A stretch of 64,000 nucleotides of DNA from an uncultured delta proteobacterium (GTDB lineage Bacteria > Desulfobacterota > Binatia > UBA9968): the NCBI GenBank assembly GCA_963745035.1, contig CAVUVW010000021.1, positions 352,001-416,000 on the forward strand, written 5' to 3'. Below are positions 28,346 to 38,364 of the stretch, piece after piece. A model generated the notes under the pieces. The model was not told the origin of the DNA, made no database searches, and saw only the letters and a list, made by a program, of their open reading frames with translations. The number at the start of each line of letters is the position of its first letter. The stretch's first letter is position 1. The translations under genes and the position numbers were made by a program.

Positions 28346-30796
28346 ATGCCATCTTCCAAAGCGCCGATGAAAGTTAGCTCAGCCGCGAAATTTTCTGACC
28401 GGTGCGGTCTTGCGCTTGTGGTTCTCGTTGTTTCGCTGCTCACCCTCCCGGTAAAGGCGACGAGCCAGGGAAATGTCACGCTGCGCGATGTTAAAATCTC
28501 CGGTAACATCCGAGTCGAAGACGACGGCATCCGTCTCCATCTAAAGAGCAAGACCGGCGAATCGTTCAACTCCGCCACCGTGGAGCAGGATGTCAAGGCG
28601 ATCTATCGGATGGGTTTTTTCGACGACGTGCAGGCGGAGCTTTCGCCTGACGGCGTCTTGACTTACGCGGTCAAAGAAAAGCCTTACGTGCGCGAGCTGA
28701 GAATTCAGGGGGCCTCCCAGGTATCGCGGGAAAAAATCGAGGCGGCTCTCGGGTTGAGCCAGCGCACAATTCTCGACCGCGGTAAGGTCGCCGAAGGCGT
28801 CGACAAAGTCCGCAAGCTCTACACCGACCAAGGTTACGTGAACGCCGCCGTGGACTTCGCAGTCACGGTGGAATCGAACAACCAGGCGGTGGTTGAGCTC
28901 GACATCGTCGAGGGCGGGCGGCTCCTCATCAAACAGATTTCCTTCGAAGGCAACAAGGCGTTTTCCGAAGGCGAGCTCCGAGACCAGATCGCTACGAAGG
29001 AGGAGTGGATTTTTTCCTTCATCACCAATCGCGGCGTCCTGGATCGCGACATGCTGACCAATGACGTGGCGATACTCTCCCAATTCTACAACGATCACGG
29101 CTATGTCGAGAACAAGGTCGATGATCCGGTGATTCTGCGGGCGCGCGACGGTTTGGATGTCGTTTTCCGAGTTCATGAAGGCCCGCAGTACCGCGTCGGC
29201 AAGGTGGAGATCGGCGGCGATCTGATTCAGGACGGCAAGCAGATGCTCAAGTCGGTCAAACTGACTACCGGCCAGATTTTCAGAGGGAGCCGGCTGCGCG
29301 AGGACATCACGACTTTGTCGGAACTGTATTCGAACAAGGGATTTGCCTTCGTTCAAGTCGATCCGGTGACGAACATCGACCAGAGGCAAAAGATCGTCAA
29401 CGTCGCCCTGGTCATCACCAAGGGACCGCCGGTGTACTTCAATCGAGTCCTGGTCGCGGGCAACACCAAGACGCGCGACAAGGTGGTGCGGCGCGAGCTG
29501 CTGGCGAACGAGCAGGAGCTGTTCGCCGGCACGAAAGTGACCCAAAGCCGAAACGCGCTGCAACGAACCGGTTACTTCGAGGACGTGCAGATTACCAGCA
29601 AGAAAACCGGCCAGCCGGATACAGTGGATCTCCAGGTCGACGTAAAAGAAGGTCCCACCGGAACGTTCCAGGTCGGAGCGGGGTACAGCAGCGGCGACGG
29701 CTTCTTGTTCAACGCAAACATCGCCGAGAAAAATCTCATGGGCAGAGGTCAGGGCATCAGCGGGGTTTTCAGCATAGGTTCTGAGCGGCAGGATTTTATC
29801 CTCAGCGCGACCGATCCCTATTTCAACGACTCCCGGATGGCCCTTGGCATCGAGGCGTTCAGTACCGAGCGGGAGTTTACCGATTTCGACGAGAGGAAGC
29901 TTGGTTTTGCCGTGAACACCAGTTATCCGTTGACAGATTTTCGCATGCCGTTTTTTGGCCGCCCGCGGCCAATCCGGGAGGCCGGCTCGGATGAGCTTGC
30001 AAGCAGCGCGACGCCGACCATGTGGGATTACATGCGCGGCGGCGTCTCCTACAATCTTACCCGAGAGACGGTCGACAATATTGATAACAGCGCGCCCGAA
30101 TCGATTCAGTCGGAAAAGGGAACCTCGCTCACCAGCAGCGTCGCCCCGGGCCTCACCTACGACAGCCGGGATCATTTCTTTGCCCCCACGGAGGGAACCA
30201 AGTCGGCGTTCTCGGTCAAAGTGGCCGGGCTGGGCGGCGATTCGCGGTTTATCAAGTCGGACTTGAGCGGGCGGTGGCACTATCCTTTGCTCAAGGATCC
30301 CAAGTGGGGCGGCTCGTATGTTCTGGCTTTGGGCGGATCGGCGGGTTACGGCATCGGCTTAGCCGAGCGCAACAACGGCAAAAAGGACTTGCCTATTTTC
30401 GAGCGCTACTTTCTGGGCGGGATCAATTCTATCCGCGGATTTGCCGAACGCAGCATTGGGCCGCGCGAGCCGTCGGAGTGTTCTACCGAAAATGGCCAAA
30501 CCGTCTGCTCGAGCACAGACGTGGTCGGCGGCGAAAGGTCGCTCGTTATAAACGCGGAAATCCTTTTTCCGATCATGGAAGAGTACGGCATCCGCGGCGT
30601 TGCCTTCTTCGACATGGGAAATGCCTTTGGCAATGGTGAAAGCTTCAGCTTCAGCAGCATGCGGCGATCGATCGGCGCAGGCGTGCGCTGGATGTCGCCG
30701 TTCGGGCCGCTGCGGGTCGAGCTCGGGTTTCCGCTGAATAAGGAGTCCGACGACGAGACCTCGGTGCTCGGTTTCTCCATCGGCAGCCAACCCTAG
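28346..30796 (+). CDS. bamA: outer membrane protein assembly factor BamA
   Basis: Five POTRA repeats, IRGF loop-6 motif, SPFGPLR; start 28346 or 28367. Confidence 0.95.
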   Translation: MPSSKAPMKVSSAAKFSDRCGLALVVLVVSLLTLPVKATSQGNVTLRDVKISGNIRVEDDGIRLHLKSKTGESFNSATVEQDVKAIYRMGFFDDVQAELSPDGVLTYAVKEKPYVRELRIQGASQVSREKIEAALGLSQRTILDRGKVAEGVDKVRKLYTDQGYVNAAVDFAVTVESNNQAVVELDIVEGGRLLIKQISFEGNKAFSEGELRDQIATKEEWIFSFITNRGVLDRDMLTNDVAILSQFYNDHGYVENKVDDPVILRARDGLDVVFRVHEGPQYRVGKVEIGGDLIQDGKQMLKSVKLTTGQIFRGSRLREDITTLSELYSNKGFAFVQVDPVTNIDQRQKIVNVALVITKGPPVYFNRVLVAGNTKTRDKVVRRELLANEQELFAGTKVTQSRNALQRTGYFEDVQITSKKTGQPDTVDLQVDVKEGPTGTFQVGAGYSSGDGFLFNANIAEKNLMGRGQGISGVFSIGSERQDFILSATDPYFNDSRMALGIEAFSTEREFTDFDERKLGFAVNTSYPLTDFRMPFFGRPRPIREAGSDELASSATPTMWDYMRGGVSYNLTRETVDNIDNSAPESIQSEKGTSLTSSVAPGLTYDSRDHFFAPTEGTKSAFSVKVAGLGGDSRFIKSDLSGRWHYPLLKDPKWGGSYVLALGGSAGYGIGLAERNNGKKDLPIFERYFLGGINSIRGFAERSIGPREPSECSTENGQTVCSSTDVVGGERSLVINAEILFPIMEEYGIRGVAFFDMGNAFGNGESFSFSSMRRSIGAGVRWMSPFGPLRVELGFPLNKESDDETSVLGFSIGSQP

Positions 30797-30844
30797 GCGA
30801 CTGCCATTCCCGCAATCTTTAACATCGATTCATCGGAGGTTTGA

Positions 30845-31354
30845 GTGAAGTACTGGCTTGTCGTCGGGATGCTCGTGTTCGGTTATTCGCTGAGCCATGC
30901 GCAAGAAAGGATCAAGATCGGCTATATCGATATTCAAAAGGTGATTTCCGAGTCGCAGGCCGGGAAGCGGGCGCGAGATCGTTTTCAGGCGCAGGTCAAA
31001 AAGGCCGAGAGCGATATCATGAAGGAGCGGCAAGACATCGAGCGCTTGAAGGCCGAGCTCGACAAGAAGGGACCGCTTCTCAAAGACGACGAACGGCGCA
31101 ATATCGAGGCCGACTTGCAAAAACGCTCGGTCAACCTGCAGCGCAGCATGTCGGACCACCAGCAGGAATTGCAGGTAAGAAACAACGAGATGATGTCCGA
31201 GATCCTCAAGGAGTTGGAGAAGATCGTCAACGAAGTGGGAAAAGCGGAAAAGTTCACGTTGATCCTCGAGCGTTCGCAGATTCTCTACAGCGATCAGGGC
31301 ATCGATATTACCGCCAAGGTCATCGAAAGCTACAACAGCCGGGCAAAAAAATAA
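30845..31354 (+). CDS. skp: OmpH/Skp periplasmic chaperone
   Basis: Signal peptide, KIGYIDIQKV, coiled coil, DITAKVI. Confidence 0.93.
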   Translation: MKYWLVVGMLVFGYSLSHAQERIKIGYIDIQKVISESQAGKRARDRFQAQVKKAESDIMKERQDIERLKAELDKKGPLLKDDERRNIEADLQKRSVNLQRSMSDHQQELQVRNNEMMSEILKELEKIVNEVGKAEKFTLILERSQILYSDQGIDITAKVIESYNSRAKK

Positions 31355-32434
31355 GTGGCGACCAGCAAAACTCTCGATGAACTGGCCGATCACGTCGGCG
31401 GACGAGTCATAGGAGACGGCAGCGTCGTCATTCACGAAGTGGCTCCCATCGACGAGGCTGCTCCCGGAGAGATCACTTTCCTTTCCAACCCGCGCTATCA
31501 AAAATACCTGGGGGAGTGCAAAGCCAGCGCCGTGATCGTCGGCCGCGGCGCCGTGGCGCGCGGCGCGCCGAGCGCGGTGCGTAATTTTCTCGAGGCCGCC
31601 GACCCCTACGTGGCGTTTGCCAAGATTCTGCAAGTTTTTCGCCCGCAAGCGCCGTTCAGCGGCGCGGTGAGCCCGCTCGCCTATATTGACGGGACGGCCG
31701 CGATCGCCGAGGGGACGACGATCTTCCCGCACGTGTTTGTCGGCCCCGGGGTCAAAGTCGGCCGGGGCTCGGTCCTCTTTCCCGGAGTCTATCTCGGGGA
31801 AAACGTCGCGATCGGCGAAGGCTCCGTGCTCCATGCCAACGTCGTGGTGCGCGAAGGATGCCGGATCGGCGATCGGGTGATCCTGCACGCCGGCGTAGTC
31901 GTCGGCAGCGACGGGTTCGGTTACGCGGGCGCCGGCGCGGCGCGCATCAAGATTCCCCAGACCGGCGTGGTCGTGATCGAGGACGACGTCGAGATCGGTG
32001 CGAACACGACCATGGATCGCGCGACCCTCGGCAAGACGGTAATCAGCCGCGGCGCGAAAATCGACAATCTCGTGCAGATCGCCCACAATGTCGTCGTCGG
32101 CGAACACGCGGTGGTGGCGGCGCAGGCGGGCATCGCCGGCAGCAGCCGTTTGGGGCGAAATGTCACCCTTGCCGGCCAAGTCGGCGTGGTCAATCACGTC
32201 GAGATCGGCGACGGCGCCATCATTGGTCCGCAGTCGGGAATTCCCAAGTCGGTGCCGCCGGGCGCGGTTCTTTCGGGCGGCGTCGCGGCGGCACCCCATC
32301 ACGAATGGCTCAAGGTGATGACCCTGCTGCCCCAGCTGCCGGCCCTGTGGAGCGCGGTGCGCCGGCTGGAAAAGGAAATGGCGCGGCTGCTCAAAAGAGG
32401 CGAAAAGGAGAGGGACGGCGATGCTGGACGTTAA
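31355..32434 (+). CDS. lpxD: UDP-3-O-acylglucosamine N-acyltransferase
   Basis: Hexapeptide repeats, [19 protein letters not shown]. Confidence 0.96.
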   Translation: MATSKTLDELADHVGGRVIGDGSVVIHEVAPIDEAAPGEITFLSNPRYQKYLGECKASAVIVGRGAVARGAPSAVRNFLEAADPYVAFAKILQVFRPQAPFSGAVSPLAYIDGTAAIAEGTTIFPHVFVGPGVKVGRGSVLFPGVYLGENVAIGEGSVLHANVVVREGCRIGDRVILHAGVVVGSDGFGYAGAGAARIKIPQTGVVVIEDDVEIGANTTMDRATLGKTVISRGAKIDNLVQIAHNVVVGEHAVVAAQAGIAGSSRLGRNVTLAGQVGVVNHVEIGDGAIIGPQSGIPKSVPPGAVLSGGVAAAPHHEWLKVMTLLPQLPALWSAVRRLEKEMARLLKRGEKERDGDAGR

Positions 32435-32858
32435 AGCGATTTTCAAAGCGATTCCGCACCGCTATCCGTTCTTGCTGGTGGACCGCATCGTCGAGATCAA
32501 TGGCGCCGAGAGAATCGTCGGCATCAAGAACGTTTCGATCAACGAGAGTTTCTTTCAGGGTCATTTTCCGAACCAGCCGGTCATGCCGGGCGTGTTGATT
32601 TGCGAAGCGATGGCCCAGGTGGGCGCCATCTTCGCCTACAACTCCCGCGGCGCCGCCGCCGACGACAAGGTTTTTGTCTTGACCGGGCTCGACAACGTGA
32701 AGTTCAAGCGTCCGGTGGAGCCCGGCGATCAACTGCGCATGGAGCTCACCTGTTTGAAGCGCCGGGGCTCGTTTTGGAAAATGCAGGGCGTGGCGACGGT
32801 GGACGGCAAACTGGTCGCCCAAGCGGAGATTTCCGCCATGGAAGTCGATCTCGCGTAA
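32421..32858 (+). CDS. fabZ: 3-hydroxyacyl-ACP dehydratase
   Basis: [30 protein letters not shown]. Confidence 0.97.
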   Translation: MLDVKAIFKAIPHRYPFLLVDRIVEINGAERIVGIKNVSINESFFQGHFPNQPVMPGVLICEAMAQVGAIFAYNSRGAAADDKVFVLTGLDNVKFKRPVEPGDQLRMELTCLKRRGSFWKMQGVATVDGKLVAQAEISAMEVDLA

Positions 32859-32874
32859 AGGGCGGCGGCGCAAC

Positions 32875-33651
32875 GTGAAAGGCGTGCACCCTACGGCGGT
32901 CATCGATCCCCGCGCTGAGTTGGACAGCGAGGTGGAGGTCGGTCCGTACAGCGTGATCGGCGCGGGCGTGAGAATCGGCAAGGGCAGCAAAATCCATTCT
33001 CACGCGTCGATCCAGGGCCGCACCACGTTCGGCGAAGGCAACGTGGTGTTTCCCTTCGCCACCGTCGGCTCGGCGCCCCAAGATCTCAAGTATCGCGGCG
33101 AGCCGAGCGAACTGATCATCGGCCAGCGCAATACCATTCGCGAATATGTTTCCCTCAACCCGGGCACGACCGGCGGCGGCATGGTGACCCGGGTGGGCGA
33201 TCACAATCTCTTGATGATGTACTGCCATATCGCGCACGATTGCAGCGTCGGCAACCGCAACGTGATCGCCAACGGCGCGACCCTCGGCGGCCACGTGACG
33301 ATCGAAGACTTCGTCATTGTCGGCGGCCTGGTCGGCATCCATCAATTCGTCAGGATCGGCACCGGCGCGATTCTCGGCGCCGGCTCCATGGTCTCCAAGG
33401 ACGTGCCGCCCTACTGCAATGCCACCGGCGACCGCGCGCGACTGAGGGGCCTCAATCTCGAAGGCCTCAAGCGGCGCGGCGTCGAAAAGTCGGTGATCGA
33501 CACCATTCGTAGGGCATACCGCCTTGCCTTTCATTCCAAGCTGCGCATCGACGAAGCCGTGCAGGCGATTCGCCGGGAGCTGCCGCCGATCCCGGAAGTG
33601 GAAAAATTTGCGTCGTTCATCGCCCAGTCGCCGCGCGGCGTCTGCCGCTGA
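32875..33651 (+). CDS. lpxA: acyl-ACP--UDP-GlcNAc acyltransferase
   Basis: PQDLKY, HIAHDC, HQFVRIG, GLNLEGLKRRG. Confidence 0.96.
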   Translation: MKGVHPTAVIDPRAELDSEVEVGPYSVIGAGVRIGKGSKIHSHASIQGRTTFGEGNVVFPFATVGSAPQDLKYRGEPSELIIGQRNTIREYVSLNPGTTGGGMVTRVGDHNLLMMYCHIAHDCSVGNRNVIANGATLGGHVTIEDFVIVGGLVGIHQFVRIGTGAILGAGSMVSKDVPPYCNATGDRARLRGLNLEGLKRRGVEKSVIDTIRRAYRLAFHSKLRIDEAVQAIRRELPPIPEVEKFASFIAQSPRGVCR

Positions 33652-33675
33652 TCGCCGCCGCGCCGAGAGCCTGCC

Positions 33676-34488
33676 GTGAAGAAATTGGGATTGATCGCCG
33701 GTAACGGAAAATTTCCGTTGATCTTCGCCGCGGAAGCCCGGCGCGCCGGCTATCACGTCGCCGCCGTCGCCCATCGCGGCGAGACCGATGAAGCCGTCGC
33801 GCAGGCGGTGGACGAGCTGACTTGGGTTTATGTCGGGCAGCTCGGCAAAATCATCCGCAGCTTGCGGCGCGCGGGAGTCACCGAAGCGGTGATGGCGGGG
33901 GGCATTCGCAAGGTCAAGTTGCTCGGCAACTTCCGTCCGGACCTGCGCGGCGCGCGCTTCTTGGCCAAACTCAAGAGCAGGGAAGACGATGCACTCCTCC
34001 GCGGCATCGCCGAGGAGCTGGCCGCCGATGGCATCCAAATCTTGTCATCGACCCTTTGCCTGCCGCAAATCATTGCTCCCGAGGGGGTGTTGACCAAGCG
34101 CGCGCCTCGTTCCGAGGAATGGGACGATATCAAGCTCGGCTTTCGAACCGCCAAGGAGGTCGGCCGGCTCGGCATCGGCCAAACCGTGGCCGTGAAGCGC
34201 CAGGTGGTCTTGGCGGTGGAAGCTGTGGAAGGCACGGATGCGACGATTCTGCGCGCCGGCGCCCTCGGAAAATCAGGGTGCGTCGTGGTGAAGGTGAGCA
34301 AGCCGCAGCAGGATCTTCGTTTCGACGTTCCCGCCGTCGGCGTCGAGACCATCGAGCGGCTGCACGCAATCGCCGCCGCCGCGCTGGCCGTCGAAGCCGG
34401 CAAGACGATCTTGTTGGAAAAAGAGACCTTGCTGCGCCTGGCCGACGCCCACGGCATCGCCGTGGTCGGCGTGGGTGGGCGGGAGTAA
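33676..34488 (+). CDS. lpxI: UDP-2,3-diacylglucosamine pyrophosphatase LpxI
   Basis: GLIAGNGKFP, IGQTV, AVEAVEGTD, KPQQDLRFDVP. Confidence 0.92.
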   Translation: MKKLGLIAGNGKFPLIFAAEARRAGYHVAAVAHRGETDEAVAQAVDELTWVYVGQLGKIIRSLRRAGVTEAVMAGGIRKVKLLGNFRPDLRGARFLAKLKSREDDALLRGIAEELAADGIQILSSTLCLPQIIAPEGVLTKRAPRSEEWDDIKLGFRTAKEVGRLGIGQTVAVKRQVVLAVEAVEGTDATILRAGALGKSGCVVVKVSKPQQDLRFDVPAVGVETIERLHAIAAAALAVEAGKTILLEKETLLRLADAHGIAVVGVGGRE

Positions 34489-34495
34489 GCGGACC

Positions 34496-35422
34496 ATGTC
34501 GCAAAAGATAAGTACGGCCGTGGTCGGCGTCGGCTATCTTGGCAAGTTTCACGCCGAGAAGTATGCCGCTTCGCCCAAGGCGGAGCTCGTCGCCGTGGTC
34601 GACATCGATGAAAAGCGCGCGCACGAGATCGGCGCGCCCCTCGGCGCCGAGGTGCTCACCGATTGCACAGGGCTCGCCGGCCGGGTGCAGTGCGCCAGCG
34701 TGGCAGTGCCGACGCGCTTTCATTACCAGGTGGCGCGCGCGCTCATCGACGCCGGCATCGACGTGCTGGTAGAAAAGCCGCTGACCGCGGACATCGCGCA
34801 AGCGCGCGAGCTGGTCGAGGCGGCGCAGAGCAAGGGTGTAATTTTGCAGGTCGGACACCTGGAGCGATTCAACCCGGCGATCCGCCGGCTCGAGGGGGTG
34901 ATCCGCGAGCCCAAGTTCGTCGAATGCCACCGGCTGGCGCCGTTCGTCGAGCGCGGCACCGACGTCGACGTGGTGCTCGATCTGATGATTCACGACATCG
35001 ACGTGATCGCGAGCCTGGTACGCGCGCCGGTGGAACGGGTCGAAGCGGTGGGCGTGCCGGTGTTGACCGACAAGCCCGATATCGCCAACGCCAGGATCAA
35101 ATTCGCCAACGGCTGCATCGCCAACGTGACCTCGAGCCGGGTGTCGATCAAGCGCGAGCGCAAGATCCGCTTCTTCCAGCCCGACGCGTATATTTCCATC
35201 GACTATGATCAGCGGCGTGCGCAAATTTACCACAAGCCGGCTCCCGGCGCCGGTTGGCTCGACATCCGCGCCGAGAACATCGAGATCAAAGACGGCGACG
35301 CGCTGGCGGACGAGATCGAATCGTTTCTCGATTGCGTAGGGTCGCGCGCGCTGCCGCTGGTCGGCGGCGCCGAGGGGCTGCGCGCTTTAGAGATCGCTTC
35401 GCGGATCAGCGCGCAGCTTTGA
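34496..35422 (+). CDS. Gfo/Idh/MocA oxidoreductase (GnnA-like UDP-GlcNAc 3-dehydrogenase)
   Basis: GVGYLGKFH, VLVEKP, GHLERFNP, DLMIHDID; located between lpxA/lpxI and lpxB. Confidence 0.8.
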   Translation: MSQKISTAVVGVGYLGKFHAEKYAASPKAELVAVVDIDEKRAHEIGAPLGAEVLTDCTGLAGRVQCASVAVPTRFHYQVARALIDAGIDVLVEKPLTADIAQARELVEAAQSKGVILQVGHLERFNPAIRRLEGVIREPKFVECHRLAPFVERGTDVDVVLDLMIHDIDVIASLVRAPVERVEAVGVPVLTDKPDIANARIKFANGCIANVTSSRVSIKRERKIRFFQPDAYISIDYDQRRAQIYHKPAPGAGWLDIRAENIEIKDGDALADEIESFLDCVGSRALPLVGGAEGLRALEIASRISAQL

Positions 35423-35441
35423 CGGCGCGAGTCTCTCTATC

Positions 35442-36581
35442 GTGGCGCGCGCGCAAAAAGAAATTCTGCTGGTGGTCGGCGAGGCATCGGGCGACGCCCA
35501 CGGCGCACAACTGGTCGAAACGCTGCACCAACGCGATCCGGCATTGAAGATCTATGGAGTCGCCGGTGAGCAGTTGCAGCGCACCCGCTTCGAGGCGCTC
35601 TTCAGCGTCGCCAAGCTGACTGGTATGGGGCTGGTGGAATTGTTCGGCAATGTCGGCAATCTCTGGCGCGCCTACACGCTGCTTAAGCGCGCCCTCAAAG
35701 AGCGCCGGCCAAATCTTTTGGTGTTGATTGATTTTCCAGATTTCAATCTTCGTCTCGCCAAGCTGGCCAAATCTCTGCGCATCCCCGTGCTTTACTACGT
35801 CAGCCCGCAGATCTGGGCGTGGCGCAAAGGACGCATACGGCAGATCGCCCGTTGGGTCGATCACATGGCGGTGATATTTCCTTTTGAAGCGCCGTTCTAT
35901 GCGCGCCACGGAGTGCGGGCCACTTTTGTTGGACACCCGCTGCTCGAGTCGGTGCATGCCAATACCGACCGGACCGCGACCCTGACCAAAATGGGTCTCG
36001 ACCCCGCGAAATTGGCCATTGCGCTACTGCCGGGCAGCCGCCATGGTGAAGTGAGCCGGCATGCGCCAATTATGCGCGACGCCGCCGCGCTGCTCGCACG
36101 CGACAGGGATGTCCAGTTTTTTTGCGTGTGCGCAAACACTATCGATGCCGCGGCGGTGTCGGCGAGCCTCAGTCAAGCTTCGTTGCGCATTCCGGTGATT
36201 GAAGAAAACCGTTACGACGCCATTCACGCCGCTGATTTGGTTTGGGCTGCTTCCGGCACCGTGACTTTGGAAACCGCGCTGCTGGGCCGGCCGATGATTA
36301 TTGTTTACCGGGTGTCTTGGTTGACGTTTCTTGTTGCCCGCATGCTCGTGCGCGTCGAGCACGTTGGCATGGTGAATCTAATTGCCGGCGAGCGGCTGGT
36401 GCCCGAATTACTTCAAAACGACGCTAGTCCCGAGCGCATCGCGGCGGAGAGCCGCGCACTGCTCGATGATGCGCCGGCGCGCGCTGCCCTCGCCGCCAAG
36501 TTGGCAGGGTTGCGCGAGCGCCTCGGCGGCCCGGGAGCGGCCGAGCGCGTGGCCGATCTGGCGCTGGCGATGATCGCTTAA
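35442..36581 (+). CDS. lpxB: lipid-A-disaccharide synthase
   Basis: GEASGD, IDFPDFN, YVSPQIWAWR, LPGSR, SGTVTLE. Confidence 0.96.
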   Translation: MARAQKEILLVVGEASGDAHGAQLVETLHQRDPALKIYGVAGEQLQRTRFEALFSVAKLTGMGLVELFGNVGNLWRAYTLLKRALKERRPNLLVLIDFPDFNLRLAKLAKSLRIPVLYYVSPQIWAWRKGRIRQIARWVDHMAVIFPFEAPFYARHGVRATFVGHPLLESVHANTDRTATLTKMGLDPAKLAIALLPGSRHGEVSRHAPIMRDAAALLARDRDVQFFCVCANTIDAAAVSASLSQASLRIPVIEENRYDAIHAADLVWAASGTVTLETALLGRPMIIVYRVSWLTFLVARMLVRVEHVGMVNLIAGERLVPELLQNDASPERIAAESRALLDDAPARAALAAKLAGLRERLGGPGAAERVADLALAMIA

Positions 36582-36594
36582 GAAATAAGTCCGC

Positions 36595-38349
36595 ATGAAA
36601 ACCTACGCCCGGCTGCTCACGTTTCTCAAGCCCTATCTGTGGCCCTACTTCAGCGTCGCCATGGCCTGCATGATCGGTTTCGGCGCCACCGACGGCGTCA
36701 TGCCGTTTTTGGTGCAGCGCATCATCGACGACGTGTTTACGAGGAAGGACGAGATCGCGCTCACCTATCTGCCCGTCATCATTGTGGGAATCTTCGCGTT
36801 CCGCGGCTTGATGAATTTCGGGCAGAGTTATTTGAACGACTACGTCGGCCTGCGCATCATCAACGACGTGCGCAACACGCTCAACCGCCATTTTCAATCG
36901 CTTTCGGTGTCCTTTTTTTACAGGCACCCCACGGGCACCTTGATCGCCCGGGTCAACAGCGACGTGCAGCTTCTGCGCTTCGCGATCACCGACGCGCTCG
37001 CTTCCTTCATGAAGGACTCGGTCTCGTTGATCGCGCTGGTCGTGGTGGCGTTCATGAAGGATTGGGTGCTGGCATCGCTGTCTTTCGTCGTCTTTCCCGC
37101 TGCGGTGCTGCCGATTATCCGGCTCAGCCGCAAGATCAAGCGTTTTACCCGGCGCGGCCAGGTCAGCACGGGGGCCTTGACCGCGCGCTTGCAGGAGAGC
37201 ATTCAAGGCAACCGCATCGTGAAAGCCTTCGGCATGGAAAAATACGAAGATGAAAAATTCCAGCGCGAGAACTGGCGGTTGTTCAAGCAATCGCTGCGCG
37301 CCAGTCGGGTCAAGGCCATCATCGCTCCCGCGATGGAATTGCTCGCCTCGTTCGGCATCGGCTCGGTGGTTTGGTGGGGCGGCTGGAGCGTGATCGGCGG
37401 CGGACGCACCCAGGGGGAATTTTTTGCGTTCATGACAGCGATGTTCTTGATGTACGGTCCCTTCAAGGGCCTGGCTCGCACCTACGCCGCGGTCCATCAA
37501 GGACTGGCCGGAGCGGAGCGAGTATTCGAGATGCTCGATGAAACGCCGGAGATTGCCGACAAGCCGGGTGCCCGGACCGCCCGCCCGTTTACCAAAAGCA
37601 TTGAGTTTCATAACGTCACCTTTGCCTACAAGGACGCGCCGGTGCTGAGAAACATCGAGCTGACCATCGACGCCGGGCAAATGGTTGCCCTGGTCGGGAT
37701 GAGCGGGGTCGGCAAGAGCACGTTGGCGGATCTCATCCCGCGTTTTTACGACGTGCGCGGTGGCCGGGTCACTATCGACGGCACCGACGTGCGCGATCTG
37801 ACGGTGGAGTCGCTGCGCGCCCAGATCGGCATCGTGAGCCAGCATACGTTTCTGTTCAACGATTCGATCCGCAACAACATCGCCTACGGCGAGCCCGGGC
37901 GCAGCATGGAGGACGTGGTGGCCGCCGCCGAAGCCGCAAACGCCCACGAATTCATCGCAGCTCTGCCGGACGGATACGATGCGGTGATCGGCGAGATGGG
38001 CATGCAGCTCTCGGGCGGCCAGCGCCAGCGTCTGGCGATCGCGCGCGCGCTGCTCAAAAACGCGCCGATTTTAATCCTCGACGAAGCGACCTCGTCGCTC
38101 GACGCGGAGTCCGAACGCCTGGTTCAAGGCGCGCTGGAAAATCTCATTACCGCGCGCACCACCATCGTCATCGCGCACCGGCTATCGACGATCCGCAAAG
38201 CGGACCGGATCGTGGTGATCGTCGACGGCGCCATCGCCGAACAGGGCACCCATGAGGAACTGCTGCGCAAGAACGGCGAGTACAGCCGTCTTTACGCGAT
38301 GCAGGCGCTGGAGGAGAGCGGCGTCGAAGAGCGTGAGGCGGTGCATTGA
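36595..38349 (+). CDS. msbA: lipid A export ABC transporter
   Basis: TMD plus NBD (GMSGVGKST, LSGGQRQR, LDEATS); lipid A operon context. Confidence 0.9.
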   Translation: MKTYARLLTFLKPYLWPYFSVAMACMIGFGATDGVMPFLVQRIIDDVFTRKDEIALTYLPVIIVGIFAFRGLMNFGQSYLNDYVGLRIINDVRNTLNRHFQSLSVSFFYRHPTGTLIARVNSDVQLLRFAITDALASFMKDSVSLIALVVVAFMKDWVLASLSFVVFPAAVLPIIRLSRKIKRFTRRGQVSTGALTARLQESIQGNRIVKAFGMEKYEDEKFQRENWRLFKQSLRASRVKAIIAPAMELLASFGIGSVVWWGGWSVIGGGRTQGEFFAFMTAMFLMYGPFKGLARTYAAVHQGLAGAERVFEMLDETPEIADKPGARTARPFTKSIEFHNVTFAYKDAPVLRNIELTIDAGQMVALVGMSGVGKSTLADLIPRFYDVRGGRVTIDGTDVRDLTVESLRAQIGIVSQHTFLFNDSIRNNIAYGEPGRSMEDVVAAAEAANAHEFIAALPDGYDAVIGEMGMQLSGGQRQRLAIARALLKNAPILILDEATSSLDAESERLVQGALENLITARTTIVIAHRLSTIRKADRIVVIVDGAIAEQGTHEELLRKNGEYSRLYAMQALEESGVEEREAVH

Positions 38350-38364
38350 GCTTCGACTGCGTCC

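Noticed and set aside
28541-30280. 579-aa antisense ORF (and other long antisense ORFs, e.g. 30830-32446, 36424-37947, 55005-56387)
   Set aside because: Typical stop-poor shadow frames of GC-rich genes; no recognisable motifs.
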